Origin: Syntrophales bacterium
Lineage (GTDB): Bacteria > Desulfobacterota > Syntrophia > Syntrophales > UBA2210
Assembly: GCA_963662405.2 (NCBI GenBank)
Contig: CAXXKT010000001.1
Span: 1,952,001 to 2,016,000, forward strand
Length of the DNA stretch: 64,000 nucleotides
Direction of reading: 5' to 3'
A program made the translations under genes and the position numbers. The notes beneath the pieces are model-generated. The model searched no databases, was not told the DNA's origin, and saw only the letters and a program-made list of their open reading frames with translations. This document shows, piece after piece, positions 18,710-27,895 of the stretch. The first letter of the stretch is position 1; every line of letters starts with the position of its first letter.

Positions 18710-19190
18710 ATCGATCCCGCCCATCGTCAAGACAGATCTGTGCCCGCAGAAGCGCCTCGATCGCCTCGTCGATCTCGCGTGAGAGACGCTTTTTTTCGGC
18801 ATCCGTCACCCTTCCGTCGCGAAGCGACTCCGCAGCCACGGAAACGACATCCGCCGTCTCTTTCATGATATCTGATATCCGGGTTGCGATAGAGGAGGCA
18901 CTGCAATCTGTGCCACCGTCGAGTTGGATAAAGTAACCGTTTGCCTGACGGCACAACTTTTTCATTGTCTGAACCGGTTTCGTGACCCTGATGATACCGA
19001 TAAAGCCTTCGACCGATGGTTTGCCGTCCCCATTTCTATAATTCTGGTGAGTTCGCCAACTTCGCCCGACCATATTTTCAAGATCGCGGTCAGAATAGCC
19101 GTTGAAGTTTGCCTCCCGCATCAGATCCTTCAGAATGTCTTCCGCACAATCCCTGTGAGCCTGCTTGATTCCGGTCTGTGATCTTGTCAT
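18699..19190 (-). CDS. Phage regulatory protein, CII/CP76-like
   Basis: HTH N-terminus; ETADVV...LRDGRVTDAEKKRL.REIDE; position after cro. Confidence 0.7.
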   Translation of the reverse strand: MTRSQTGIKQAHRDCAEDILKDLMREANFNGYSDRDLENMVGRSWRTHQNYRNGDGKPSVEGFIGIIRVTKPVQTMKKLCRQANGYFIQLDGGTDCSASSIATRISDIMKETADVVSVAAESLRDGRVTDAEKKRLSREIDEAIEALLRAQICLDDGRDRYDE

Positions 19191-19527
19191 TGCCTCCCTC
19201 CCGAATATCGTGTAAATGCGCCACCTTTCCCCCTGTCAATTGACTACGACCCGCCGTATCATGCGAGTCAAGGGGAAAGAGATGGTCAACGAGATTGTGA
19301 TCGATACGCAAAACGTCACTACGGAGATTATCGAAAACCGGCCGGAGCAGCTCCGCGAGCTGGAGCATGGCCCGTTCGTTGCCGCTGTGGTAGGACGTGA
19401 GCAGTTGAGAGACCCGGGCCCGGGACACGGGCGGGTTCATGTTCTGCGCGAGGATTTCATGCGTCAGCCCGCCGTAGGTGATCAGCGTCGTGATCATATT
19501 TCTATTGATAATGCGTTTTTGTTTCAT
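19090..19527 (-). CDS. Cro-like HTH protein
   Basis: GLTHEILAQNMNPPVSRARVSQLL; divergent from the repressor. Confidence 0.55.
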   Translation of the reverse strand: MKQKRIINRNMITTLITYGGLTHEILAQNMNPPVSRARVSQLLTSYHSGNERAMLQLAELLRPVFDNLRSDVLRIDHNLVDHLFPLDSHDTAGRSQLTGGKVAHLHDIREGGNDKITDRNQAGSQGLCGRHSEGSDAGGKLQRLF

Positions 19528-19801
19528 TATAGTGACCCTTACCTCATGTTAGCTGGTGCGTTTGCGGAGTCTTTGAAAGAAACGGCACGGTATCAGAGAG
19601 CCCTTCGGTACGGTATAGCCGTTGACATTCTGAGCTGGCCAAAGAAAAAGCGGTCTCCGCGGACTCCGGTAGAGATCCGTCAACTGGAAGATCCGCTGAA
19701 TGTAAGCAGCGGTGAGGGGTAAGAACATTAACTGAAATAACGTTGTTCATGATGCCCTCCGTTGTGAGTTTGTTAGTACGGTGAGTAAATAATCGGAAAA
19801 A

Positions 19802-20491
19802 ATGATAATGTCAAGAAAAAAATCGAAATTTTCGAATAAAACATCAGATATTATCGATTATATTAAAAGGATAAAAGGCTTAAAAACTGACACAGAATTT
19901 GCTAAAATATTAGGAATACGTCAAAATACGGTATCTACCTGGAGAGGAAAAGATTCCTTTCCCGTAAAAAAAATAATCAAATTTTGCGATAAAGAAAATA
20001 TATCTCTTGCGCCGTTCGTAGGTTCTGGTAACAGGTTCGACAATCCCCCAAGCCATACAAACCCATCCAACCATACCGATGACAACTATTTCATCAATGC
20101 TATGATGGCGCATCCAATTCCTATCGTAGGAACTGTTCCCGCTGGTTTTCCCCAACTACCCCCTGACGAAGATCATGTCATTGATTATCTTTCGATTCCC
20201 GACGTGCCGAGAGATTCATTTGCTATGATCGTATCAGGCGAAAGCATGTCTCCCACAGTCAGAAGCGGAGATTATGCCGTTTTTCAAATTGCCGGAGGAG
20301 GAGATATAAAAAGCGGTGATCTTGTCATTGTCAGTAATGAATGGAATGAGTTGATTCTCAAGCGGTTTAGAAAAAAAGATCAAAAGATTGTACTAACCAG
20401 CGACAATCCAGAGTACCATGCTATAGCTCCAAATGATCACTACAGAATTATTGGTAAAGTAATCAAGGTGATAAGGGACATTAAATTCTAA
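19802..20491 (+). CDS. CI/LexA-like phage repressor (HTH plus S24 peptidase)
   Basis: EFAKILGIRQNTVSTWR; VPAG cleavage site, GESMSP, ILKRF, LTSDNPEY. Confidence 0.93.
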   Translation: MIMSRKKSKFSNKTSDIIDYIKRIKGLKTDTEFAKILGIRQNTVSTWRGKDSFPVKKIIKFCDKENISLAPFVGSGNRFDNPPSHTNPSNHTDDNYFINAMMAHPIPIVGTVPAGFPQLPPDEDHVIDYLSIPDVPRDSFAMIVSGESMSPTVRSGDYAVFQIAGGGDIKSGDLVIVSNEWNELILKRFRKKDQKIVLTSDNPEYHAIAPNDHYRIIGKVIKVIRDIKF

Positions 20492-20643
20492 AATAAATTA
20501 ATGCTGCACGTGTCAAAGAAAAACAACGGCTGCAATCATCCAGGAAAAGACGTCTGCTGAGGCGGTTATAAAGACACCTGTATCATCCTCACCGGTGCGG
20601 CCTCTGGTCTGGATCGGAAATTGTCCCCAATGGAAATACAGAC

Positions 20644-21663
20644 ATGAGCGTCCGTAGAATAGGTGAGAACAAATACCAGATCGACGTGTACGAAGCCGGC
20701 CGGAAGGGGAAGCGGATCCGCAAAATCATAGAAGGAACCGAGGTCGATGCAAACCAGCTCGAACGCGACATAAAGCTGGCGCTGGGCCAGACACCCTACA
20801 AAACCGAAACGATCGCTGCCTTGATCGAGCCGTACCTCGAATGGGTAAAAACCGATCAGTCCGACCGGACCTACACCGAAAAATACAAAATGCTCAATGG
20901 GCACATACTCTCATTCTTTGGCAAATTCATGCCCCCGGAAATCACCAGACGGCACATTGACGCCTACAAAAAATACCGTCTGGACGAGATAGGCAAAAAG
21001 CACCGGCAGATCAATCTCGAAATCACCACACTCTCGGCCATGATCAGGTGGCATTACGATCTTGAAGGCATCGACGACGCGCCGCTGCCGCGCCACAAAA
21101 AACTCCCCTACAAACGTCCCCTCCCGCAATACCTCTCCCGGGAGGAGGTTGATCGATTCATTGGGGCCATGTCGATATTCCATGTGGCGTTCTGCGGGTG
21201 CATGTATTACGCCGGAATGCGGTTTCAGGAGGTTGCGACCCTCAAGCTGGGGTCACTACACGAGACGCACATCAAAGTGATGGGGAAGGGCAGCAAGATA
21301 CGCTTGGTGCCCATCTCCGGGACGCTCCGTGGTATCCTGGACAGATACCTCGAGGGACGGGCACAGCTCGCGGAGAAGAATGAAAAGATTGCCGGGTCCG
21401 ATCTGGTATTTCCATCGGCAAAGACCGGACGACCGCTGACCAGTATCAAAACAGCGATCCGACTGGCTCTGGGGCGTGCAGAAATCGGCCGGAAAATCAC
21501 ACCCCACATGCTCCGGCACGCATTCGCGACCCATCTGCTCGAGGGAGGAGGCGACCTGAGATCTATCCAGATGCTGCTGGGACACGCTCAAATCAGTACG
21601 ACACAGATCTATACAAACGTCGCCATGCCCCACTTGAGACACACCGTCGAACTCCTCAAGTAA
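20644..21663 (+). CDS. int: Tyrosine integrase
   Basis: [31 protein letters not shown]. Confidence 0.95.
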   Translation: MSVRRIGENKYQIDVYEAGRKGKRIRKIIEGTEVDANQLERDIKLALGQTPYKTETIAALIEPYLEWVKTDQSDRTYTEKYKMLNGHILSFFGKFMPPEITRRHIDAYKKYRLDEIGKKHRQINLEITTLSAMIRWHYDLEGIDDAPLPRHKKLPYKRPLPQYLSREEVDRFIGAMSIFHVAFCGCMYYAGMRFQEVATLKLGSLHETHIKVMGKGSKIRLVPISGTLRGILDRYLEGRAQLAEKNEKIAGSDLVFPSAKTGRPLTSIKTAIRLALGRAEIGRKITPHMLRHAFATHLLEGGGDLRSIQMLLGHAQISTTQIYTNVAMPHLRHTVELLK

Positions 21664-21713
21664 AAAGCGTAGTCAATATTGACTACAAAAAAGGAGCTAC
21701 GACAAATCGTAAC
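21542..21713 (+). repeat. Direct repeat copy 1 (integrase 3' end, palindrome, degenerate terminator)
   Basis: Near-identical to 22349-22530. Confidence 0.95.
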
Positions 21714-21746
21714 TCAGAAGGCATCAAACTCTGCAAAGGACCCTAT

Positions 21747-21995
21747 TTGCCATATCCCTACAGTTCGAATATTGAAGGGGCCAAGTACGGTGAAATAAGA
21801 GAACTGAGGATTCAACATAAGGGGAAACCATACAGAGTCATTTACGCCTTTGATCCCCGAAGGGCCGCTATTCTGCTGATCGGCGGCAGGAAGACCGGGG
21901 GAAAACGGTGGTACGAAAAATACGTACCCCTGGCAGAAAAGATTTATGAGGAGCATTTGAAGTCGCTAAAAGAAGAAAAAGGAGAAGTACCATGA
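21747..21995 (+). CDS. RelE/HigB (Gp49-like) toxin, apparently N-terminally truncated
   Basis: IRELRIQHKGKPYRVIYAFDPRRAAILLIGG.KTG; only a TTG start, family N-terminus absent. Confidence 0.75.
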   Translation: MPYPYSSNIEGAKYGEIRELRIQHKGKPYRVIYAFDPRRAAILLIGGRKTGGKRWYEKYVPLAEKIYEEHLKSLKEEKGEVP

Positions 21996-22312
21996 GCAAA
22001 CCTTATTCTATATTGAGAGAGAAGATGAAACCCGCGGCAAGAAAAAAGGCATCAGAGAAAACCAAGGCGATGCTTGAAGCTATGCCATTACAAGAATTGC
22101 GTCAGGCCAGAAATTTGAGTCAGGAACAATTGGCACAGACATTGTCTGTTAACCAGGCTGCGGTATCAAAGATTGAGCATCGGACAGATATGTATATCAG
22201 CACATTGCGGAACTTTATCAAGGCCATGGGGGGAGATCTTGAGATTATTGCTAAATTCCCTGATGGGTCGATCCCGATCAATCAGTTTAAGAGAATTGCT
22301 GGGAAACGGTAG
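21992..22312 (+). CDS. XRE HTH antitoxin (HigA-like)
   Basis: LQELRQARNLSQEQLA...QAAVSKIEHRTDMYISTLR..IKAMGG. Confidence 0.9.
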   Translation: MSKPYSILREKMKPAARKKASEKTKAMLEAMPLQELRQARNLSQEQLAQTLSVNQAAVSKIEHRTDMYISTLRNFIKAMGGDLEIIAKFPDGSIPINQFKRIAGKR

Positions 22313-22348
22313 AACAATCGATTCATATCTTCTTAAGTCCTATAGGAT

Positions 22349-22530
22349 AGGGAGGAGGCGACCTGAGATCCATCCAGATGCTGCTGGGACACGCTCAAAT
22401 CAGTACGACACAGATCTACACAAACGTCGCCATGCCCCACTTGAGACACACCGTCGAACTCCTCAAGTAAAAAGCGTAGTCAACCGTAGTCAATATTGAC
22501 TACAAAAAAGGGGTTACGAAAAATCGTAAC
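22349..22530 (+). repeat. Direct repeat copy 2 (orphan integrase 3' fragment)
   Basis: Near-identical to 21542-21713 with an extra 10-bp ccgtagtcaa unit. Confidence 0.95.
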
Positions 22531-22535
22531 CCCTT
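22504..22535 (-). terminator. Rho-independent terminator of tRNA-Thr
   Basis: aaggggttacga-N4-tcgtaacccctt stem running into a T tract on the minus strand. Confidence 0.85.
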
Positions 22536-22541
22536 GGAATC

Positions 22542-22617
22542 TGGAGCCGATGAGCGGATTTGAACCGCTGACCTGCTGATTACGAATCAGCTGCTCTACC
22601 GGCTGAGCTACATCGGC
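22542..22617 (-). tRNA. tRNA-Thr(CGT)
   Basis: GCCGATGTAGCTCAGCCGGTAGAGCAGCTGATT-CGT-AATCAGCAGGTCAGCGGTTCAAATCCGCTCATCGGCTCCA; 76 nt, CCA encoded. Confidence 0.98.
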
Positions 22618-22645
22618 CTTCATACCGGACAGCTTGAAAAGTGCC

Positions 22646-22674
22646 TTTCTATCGTAACCTTCTCCTGTTGTCAA
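22646..22674 (-). promoter_or_regulatory. Sigma70 promoter of tRNA-Thr
   Basis: TTGACA-N17-TAGAAA. Confidence 0.6.
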
Positions 22675-22860
22675 GAGATTAGCCGAGACATTATCGTTAT
22701 TGTGCTTTTTGAATCGTATGGGGATGAGCAGAAGCGTATTTTGTCCTTTCCACCGAAGGCTCATACCCTTTGCCTTGACTTTCCCCCCTGTTTTGGTAGT
22801 ATCTTCGCGGTTTAAGCGTGGGGTCAAAAGACCCGGAAGCAACACGGAGTCATAGGAGAG

Positions 22861-24804
22861 ATGGCGCAACAGAGGCAGCGATACAGGAGCTGGGTGGAGA
22901 TCGACCTGGACAGCTTCAGGGATAACTGGGCCGAGATAGGACGGTTGGTCGGTCCCGGTGTCAAGGTTCTCCAGGTGGTTAAAGCGGATGCGTACGGCCA
23001 TGGGGCGATCGAGATCTCACGGGCCGCCGTGAAAAACGGCGTGTATGGCCTCGGGGTAGCCAATGCGGATGAGGGGGTGCAGCTCCGGGTCGGCGGGATC
23101 GACGCACCGGTTATCATCCTGAGTCCTTCCACGACACCTGAGATCGATGAGATCATCAAGTATCATCTCATCCCCTCCGTATCGGATGTCCACTTCGCGC
23201 AAGCGCTGAGCGAAAAGCTGGTCGAGAATGGGGCGCAGCTCCCCGTGCATATCGAGGTCGATACCGGGATGGGGAGAGGCGGGGCCATCACTGAGGATGC
23301 CATCGCCATGGTGAAGGAAGTACGTGCCCTCCCCAACATGGAGCTTGAGGGGATATTCTCCCACCTGTCCGTCAGCGAGGTGGGGGATGACGCGTATAAC
23401 GATCTCCAGTGGGAGCGCTTTGATGAGATCCTGAGGGGTCTGGAGAGGGAGGGGATTACTGTTCCCATCAGGCACATCTCGAACAGCGGCGGGGTGATCG
23501 ATTTTCCCTCCTTCTGCCTGGATATGGTCCGTCCCGGGATCATGACGTATGGTGTTTTCCCCGGTCACGGTATGGAGGCGAAGGCTCATTTGATCCCGGT
23601 GATGACCTTCAAAACAACCGTCGTGATTCTCAAAGACTTCCCCGCCGGATACAGTATCGGGTACGGCAGGACGTATGTTACCAAGAGGCCGACGCGGATA
23701 GCGACCATACCGGTCGGATACGGTGACGGGTACGGTGTTGTCATGTCGAACCGGGGTGAGGCGTTGATTCGCGGGAGGAGGGTGCCGATCGTAGGGCGGA
23801 TCTCTATGGACATGTGCACGGTCGATGTGACCGATATCCCCCACTGTGAGATCGGAGACGAGGTGGTCCTGATGGGACGGCAGGGGGAAGAGTATATCTC
23901 GGCGGGTGAGATTGCCGAAAAGGCCGGGACGATCAGCTATGAGATCCTCTGCGCCCTGGGGAAGAGGGCCCCGCGGGTATTTGTCGATAGGGGGAAACCG
24001 GATGCGGTCGAACCGAAACTGCGGCGGATCTTTATACCCGGAGAGGAAAAGTCCATCGGTCGGATCGACAATATGATACGCAGTTGCCTCCAGGCCCGGA
24101 CGATCGATCCGGCCTTCGCCGATGCGATCTACTATGAGATGTTCGAGACGCTCTTCGGGAAGGAAAACCGCCGGCTGGAATTGAGGATGGGGTTCAGATA
24201 TGATATCAGGATCGGCGAGTTACACGAGCCGGACGGGGAGTATTTCAAGGCCACGACCCATATCGAGTATACAAAAACGTTGAGGGACACCCGCTTCATC
24301 ATCGGGTGCGCCCGAAATGAGGAGCAGCTCTCGGCCCTCTTCGAGGAAGAGCGGTGTGAATACCGGTGGCTCCTGAACGGGACGAACAGTCCCATTCCCA
24401 TCAGAGAGGGTGATTTTCGGGTGACCCGCGTGGCGATTGATGGTGCCGACGTACCGATTATCAGTACGCAGAGCACTCACCGGGGATACGAGGTCCTGTG
24501 CGGCGGAGATGACCTCGATGAATTCATGAACCGGCAGGTCAGGGTGGCGATCGAGATAGAGACGAAAAAGCACCGGGGGACCAGGATGTTCCCCGTCTAC
24601 CTGGCATACCCCACCCGTGGATTGGGCATATCCTTCAGCTATGAGGGGACGGGGCTCAGGAATGTCAGGGAGGTGAGCTTCTTCGCGGGGCGGCGCCCCT
24701 ATCCGGAGGTACGGATGGATGAGGGGCGGTCGATAGAACTCAGGATCGATGACGATGAATGGATCTTTCCGAACAGCGGCGTAACTTTTGTCTGGGATCT
24801 TTAG
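22861..24804 (+). CDS. alr: Alanine racemase with ~270-aa C-terminal domain of unknown function
   Basis: VVKADAYGHG (PLP Lys), DTGMGR, SIGYG, GYGDG, GRISMD, TISYEILC, then a beta-rich extension. Confidence 0.93.
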   Translation: MAQQRQRYRSWVEIDLDSFRDNWAEIGRLVGPGVKVLQVVKADAYGHGAIEISRAAVKNGVYGLGVANADEGVQLRVGGIDAPVIILSPSTTPEIDEIIKYHLIPSVSDVHFAQALSEKLVENGAQLPVHIEVDTGMGRGGAITEDAIAMVKEVRALPNMELEGIFSHLSVSEVGDDAYNDLQWERFDEILRGLEREGITVPIRHISNSGGVIDFPSFCLDMVRPGIMTYGVFPGHGMEAKAHLIPVMTFKTTVVILKDFPAGYSIGYGRTYVTKRPTRIATIPVGYGDGYGVVMSNRGEALIRGRRVPIVGRISMDMCTVDVTDIPHCEIGDEVVLMGRQGEEYISAGEIAEKAGTISYEILCALGKRAPRVFVDRGKPDAVEPKLRRIFIPGEEKSIGRIDNMIRSCLQARTIDPAFADAIYYEMFETLFGKENRRLELRMGFRYDIRIGELHEPDGEYFKATTHIEYTKTLRDTRFIIGCARNEEQLSALFEEERCEYRWLLNGTNSPIPIREGDFRVTRVAIDGADVPIISTQSTHRGYEVLCGGDDLDEFMNRQVRVAIEIETKKHRGTRMFPVYLAYPTRGLGISFSYEGTGLRNVREVSFFAGRRPYPEVRMDEGRSIELRIDDDEWIFPNSGVTFVWDL

Positions 24805-24831
24805 CGGATCAACAGTAAGGGAACGAGTTTG

Positions 24832-25887
24832 ATGAACACAGTGCGCGTGGGGATTATACTGGGGGGGATGTCTTCCGAGAAGGAGGTCTCGCTCAACAGC
24901 GGGAGGAATGTGTACGATAACCTGGACCGGGAACGGTACGAGCCCGTCCCGATCTTTATGGACGGCGAGGGAAGGTTGTGGGTGATCCCCTGGCAGTTGG
25001 TGTCGCAGAACACGACGGCTGATATCGCCGATCACTTGAAGGAGGCGCGGCGGATTTCATACGAAGGCCTGAGCGGCGAGATCGACTTCGCCTTCATCTC
25101 TCTCCACGGGAAATACGGTGACGATGGGTGTATCCAGGGGCTTTTGGAAATCCTGGGAATTCCCTATACCGGTCCCGGCGTCCTGGCCTCCGCCCTGGGA
25201 ATGGACAAGGATGCGCAGCAGAAAATCCTGAAGGCGGCGGGGATCGATGTCCCTGAGAGTATGACGGTCGGCGAAGGAGAATGGTTGCGGGATCGAGAAG
25301 CCGCCCGGCAAAGGATAGAAAAGGAATTCACAATCCCGTTTGTTGTCAAGCCGATCAGAGAGGGGTCGAGCATGGGGGTGACTATCGTACGGGACCCGGG
25401 GATGCTGGATACCGCGATGGCCGGGGCCTTCGCATGGGACCGGGTGGTTCTGGTTGAGGAATATCTGGACGGGACCGAGTTTTCGTGCATTGTCCTGGAG
25501 AGGGAGGAGGGACCTGAGGTCCTCGGGGTAACCGAGATCCACCCGCAGAGCGATTTCTACTCGTACGATGACAAATATATGCCGGGGAGGTGCAGCAAAT
25601 TTACTCCCCCCCGGAATATCCCCGCAGAGGTGGTCGCCCGAATCGAGGAGCGGGTGGTCGAGGCCTTCACGATCCTGGGATTCAGGTCGTACGGGCGGAT
25701 TGACGGGTTTGTCCTGACCGACGGACGGGTCCTGATCACCGACCCGAATTCATCCTCGGGGATGGCACCGTCGTCCTTCTTTTTCGAGCAGGCCGCGGAG
25801 GCAGGGATGCTCCCCCCCATGATCCTGTCCGAGCTGATCGAGATCTCGATCAGGGGTCACGGCGGGAAAAAAGGCCCGCTGCAATAG
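24832..25887 (+). CDS. ddl: D-Ala-D-Ala ligase family protein, paralog 1
   Basis: GGMSSEKEVSLNSG, LHGKYGDDGCIQG, VVKP..EGSS, RIDG; atypical DPNSSSGM. Confidence 0.88.
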   Translation: MNTVRVGIILGGMSSEKEVSLNSGRNVYDNLDRERYEPVPIFMDGEGRLWVIPWQLVSQNTTADIADHLKEARRISYEGLSGEIDFAFISLHGKYGDDGCIQGLLEILGIPYTGPGVLASALGMDKDAQQKILKAAGIDVPESMTVGEGEWLRDREAARQRIEKEFTIPFVVKPIREGSSMGVTIVRDPGMLDTAMAGAFAWDRVVLVEEYLDGTEFSCIVLEREEGPEVLGVTEIHPQSDFYSYDDKYMPGRCSKFTPPRNIPAEVVARIEERVVEAFTILGFRSYGRIDGFVLTDGRVLITDPNSSSGMAPSSFFFEQAAEAGMLPPMILSELIEISIRGHGGKKGPLQ

Positions 25888-25999
25888 GGACAAGAGAAAA
25901 ACCGCGGACTGAGAGGAAGCAGGTAACGGAATGATAATGCATGACGATGAGGGTGTATATCCCGTGGTCACCTGACGAACAGTTAGTGATGGAGTAACA

Positions 26000-27070
26000 A
26001 TGGTTGTGGAGCAAACAAAAACCGGAAAAATGAGGGTCGGGGTCATCATGGGAGGGATCTCTTCTGAAAAGGAGGTTTCCCTCGAGAGTGGGAGAAACAT
26101 CTTCAGCAAGATAGACCGGAAAGAGTATGAACCCCTTCCGATCTTTATGGACAGCCGGGGGCTCTTATGGGAGATCCCGATCAAGCTGCTGATGCGCAAT
26201 TCCACCGGAGACGTCGAGGCGGATCTGGAGACGGAGGCCAGACGGCTTTTTTATGAAGACCTGAAGGGTGCGGTGGACTTTGTCTACATCGGCCTCCATG
26301 GCAAGTACGGAGAGGATGGTTGCCTGCAGGGGGTGTTGGAACTCTTGAAGGTCCCCTATGCCGGCTCAGGGGTTTTGGGATCGGCGCTTGGCGCCGATAA
26401 ATACGTCTCACGGAAGATCCTTGCCATGAGCGGCCTGGATGTCCCGCGGACGAAGGCCGTTTCGCTCAAGGAATGGGGAGAGAACCGCGATGATATCATC
26501 GCCGGAATCGAAGAACGGATCGGATTCCCCTGTGTGGTAAAACCGACCCGGGAGGGGTGCAGCACGACGGTGAAGAAGGTCGTTTCCGCGGCGGGTATCG
26601 AGAGCGCCCTCCTGGCCGCCTTTCAATGGGACACCGTGGCCCTGGTCGAGGAATTCATTTCAGGAACGGAGGTTACGTGCGGTGTTCTCGGGAACGATAC
26701 CCCCGAAGCCTTTGTCCCCTCCGAGACGATACCGACGCAGGGAATTCTTTCGCTGGAGGATAAATTCCTGTATGGTCAGGGAGAGAATAAGACCCCCGCG
26801 CGGCTCCCGGAGGATACCCTTCGGATGATACAGGATGTGGCAGTCAGGACCTTTCAGGTCCTGGGGCTGAAGGTATATGCCCGGATTGATATGTTTGTCA
26901 CCGGTGACGGGCGCATTGTCGTTCTCGAGCCGAATAGTCTTCCGGGGATGACCCCCTCGACGGTCCTCTTTCACCAGGCGGCCGCCGCGGGGATTACGCA
27001 GACCGAGCTGATCACCAGGATCATACGGCTATCGCTCGAAGCACACGCGAATAAGAGAGGGCCGCTGTAG
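26000..27070 (+). CDS. ddl: D-Ala-D-Ala ligase family protein, paralog 2
   Basis: GGISSEKEVSLESG, LHGKYGEDG, YARIDMF, EPNSLPGMT; omega loop LSLEDKF. Confidence 0.88.
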   Translation: MVVEQTKTGKMRVGVIMGGISSEKEVSLESGRNIFSKIDRKEYEPLPIFMDSRGLLWEIPIKLLMRNSTGDVEADLETEARRLFYEDLKGAVDFVYIGLHGKYGEDGCLQGVLELLKVPYAGSGVLGSALGADKYVSRKILAMSGLDVPRTKAVSLKEWGENRDDIIAGIEERIGFPCVVKPTREGCSTTVKKVVSAAGIESALLAAFQWDTVALVEEFISGTEVTCGVLGNDTPEAFVPSETIPTQGILSLEDKFLYGQGENKTPARLPEDTLRMIQDVAVRTFQVLGLKVYARIDMFVTGDGRIVVLEPNSLPGMTPSTVLFHQAAAAGITQTELITRIIRLSLEAHANKRGPL

Positions 27071-27082
27071 GCCGGGTGGTGT

Positions 27083-27862
27083 ATGAACAGGATTTTCGCG
27101 GCAATCGACAGATTCGGGAAGGTTGTCCTCGAGAACATCGAGGAAATGGGGAAGATCCTGATCCTGTTCCTCTCCGTCCTGATGTGGATGGTGCGTCCCC
27201 CCCTGAAACTGCGCCTGATCTTCAAGCAGATGGAGTTTGTCGGGGTCAAGTCCATCTTCGTCGTTGTCCTCACGGGTACCTTCACCGGGATGGTCATGGC
27301 GCTGCAGGGGTACTACGGATTTCGGATGTTCAATGCGGAGAGCCTTGTCGGTTCTACCGTCGCCCTGGGAATGACCCGGGAGCTGGGGCCGGTTCTCACC
27401 TCCCTGATGGTGACCGCTCGGGCGGGGTCCGCCATGGCCGCCGAACTGGGGACGATGCGCGTTACTGAACAGATCGACGCCCTGTCTGTGATGGCCACAA
27501 ACCCCGTCAAGCACCTGATCGTCCCGCGGATCATCGCGGGGGTGGTCATGCTCCCGGCCCTTACCATCGTCTCCGACTTTATGGGGATCCTTGGTGGATA
27601 CTTTGTGGGGGTGCCGATTCTGCATATCAATGAAGGTGCCTTTGTAAAGAATATTACGAAGATGGTGGATCTGGACGATTTATATAACGGCCTGATCAAG
27701 GCGGCCGTCTTCGGGTTGATCCTGTCCCTGGTCGGGTGCTACAAGGGGTTCAACACGACGGGAGGCGCCGAGGGGGTGGGGAAGGCCACCACGGAGGCGG
27801 TGGTCCTCGCGTCGATATCGATCCTGATCAGCGATTATTTTCTGACGGCGATTATGTTTTAA
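27083..27862 (+). CDS. mlaE: MlaE-family ABC permease
   Basis: RELGPVLT, RAGSAMAAELGTMRVTEQIDAL, GAEGVGKATT. Confidence 0.95.
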   Translation: MNRIFAAIDRFGKVVLENIEEMGKILILFLSVLMWMVRPPLKLRLIFKQMEFVGVKSIFVVVLTGTFTGMVMALQGYYGFRMFNAESLVGSTVALGMTRELGPVLTSLMVTARAGSAMAAELGTMRVTEQIDALSVMATNPVKHLIVPRIIAGVVMLPALTIVSDFMGILGGYFVGVPILHINEGAFVKNITKMVDLDDLYNGLIKAAVFGLILSLVGCYKGFNTTGGAEGVGKATTEAVVLASISILISDYFLTAIMF

Positions 27863-27895
27863 GAAGGAATTTCCGTGGGGCGAGTGGGAAACGAT

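Larger units (their letters stand above)
4920..22541. mobile_element. Lambda-like prophage remnant or satellite integrated at tRNA-Thr(CGT); left boundary approximate
   Basis: Integrase next to tRNA 3' end, CI repressor, primase-helicase, terminase; no second att copy visible in the window. Confidence 0.85.

Noticed and set aside
19544..19750. c4-like antisense RNA or Ash-type ORF in the immunity region
   Set aside because: A TTGACA and short hairpins are present, but I could not support a recognisable motif
21640..21750. Programmed -1 frameshift fusing integrase to the RelE toxin
   Set aside because: The -1 frame is open and a hairpin follows, but no slippery heptamer precedes the int stop codon
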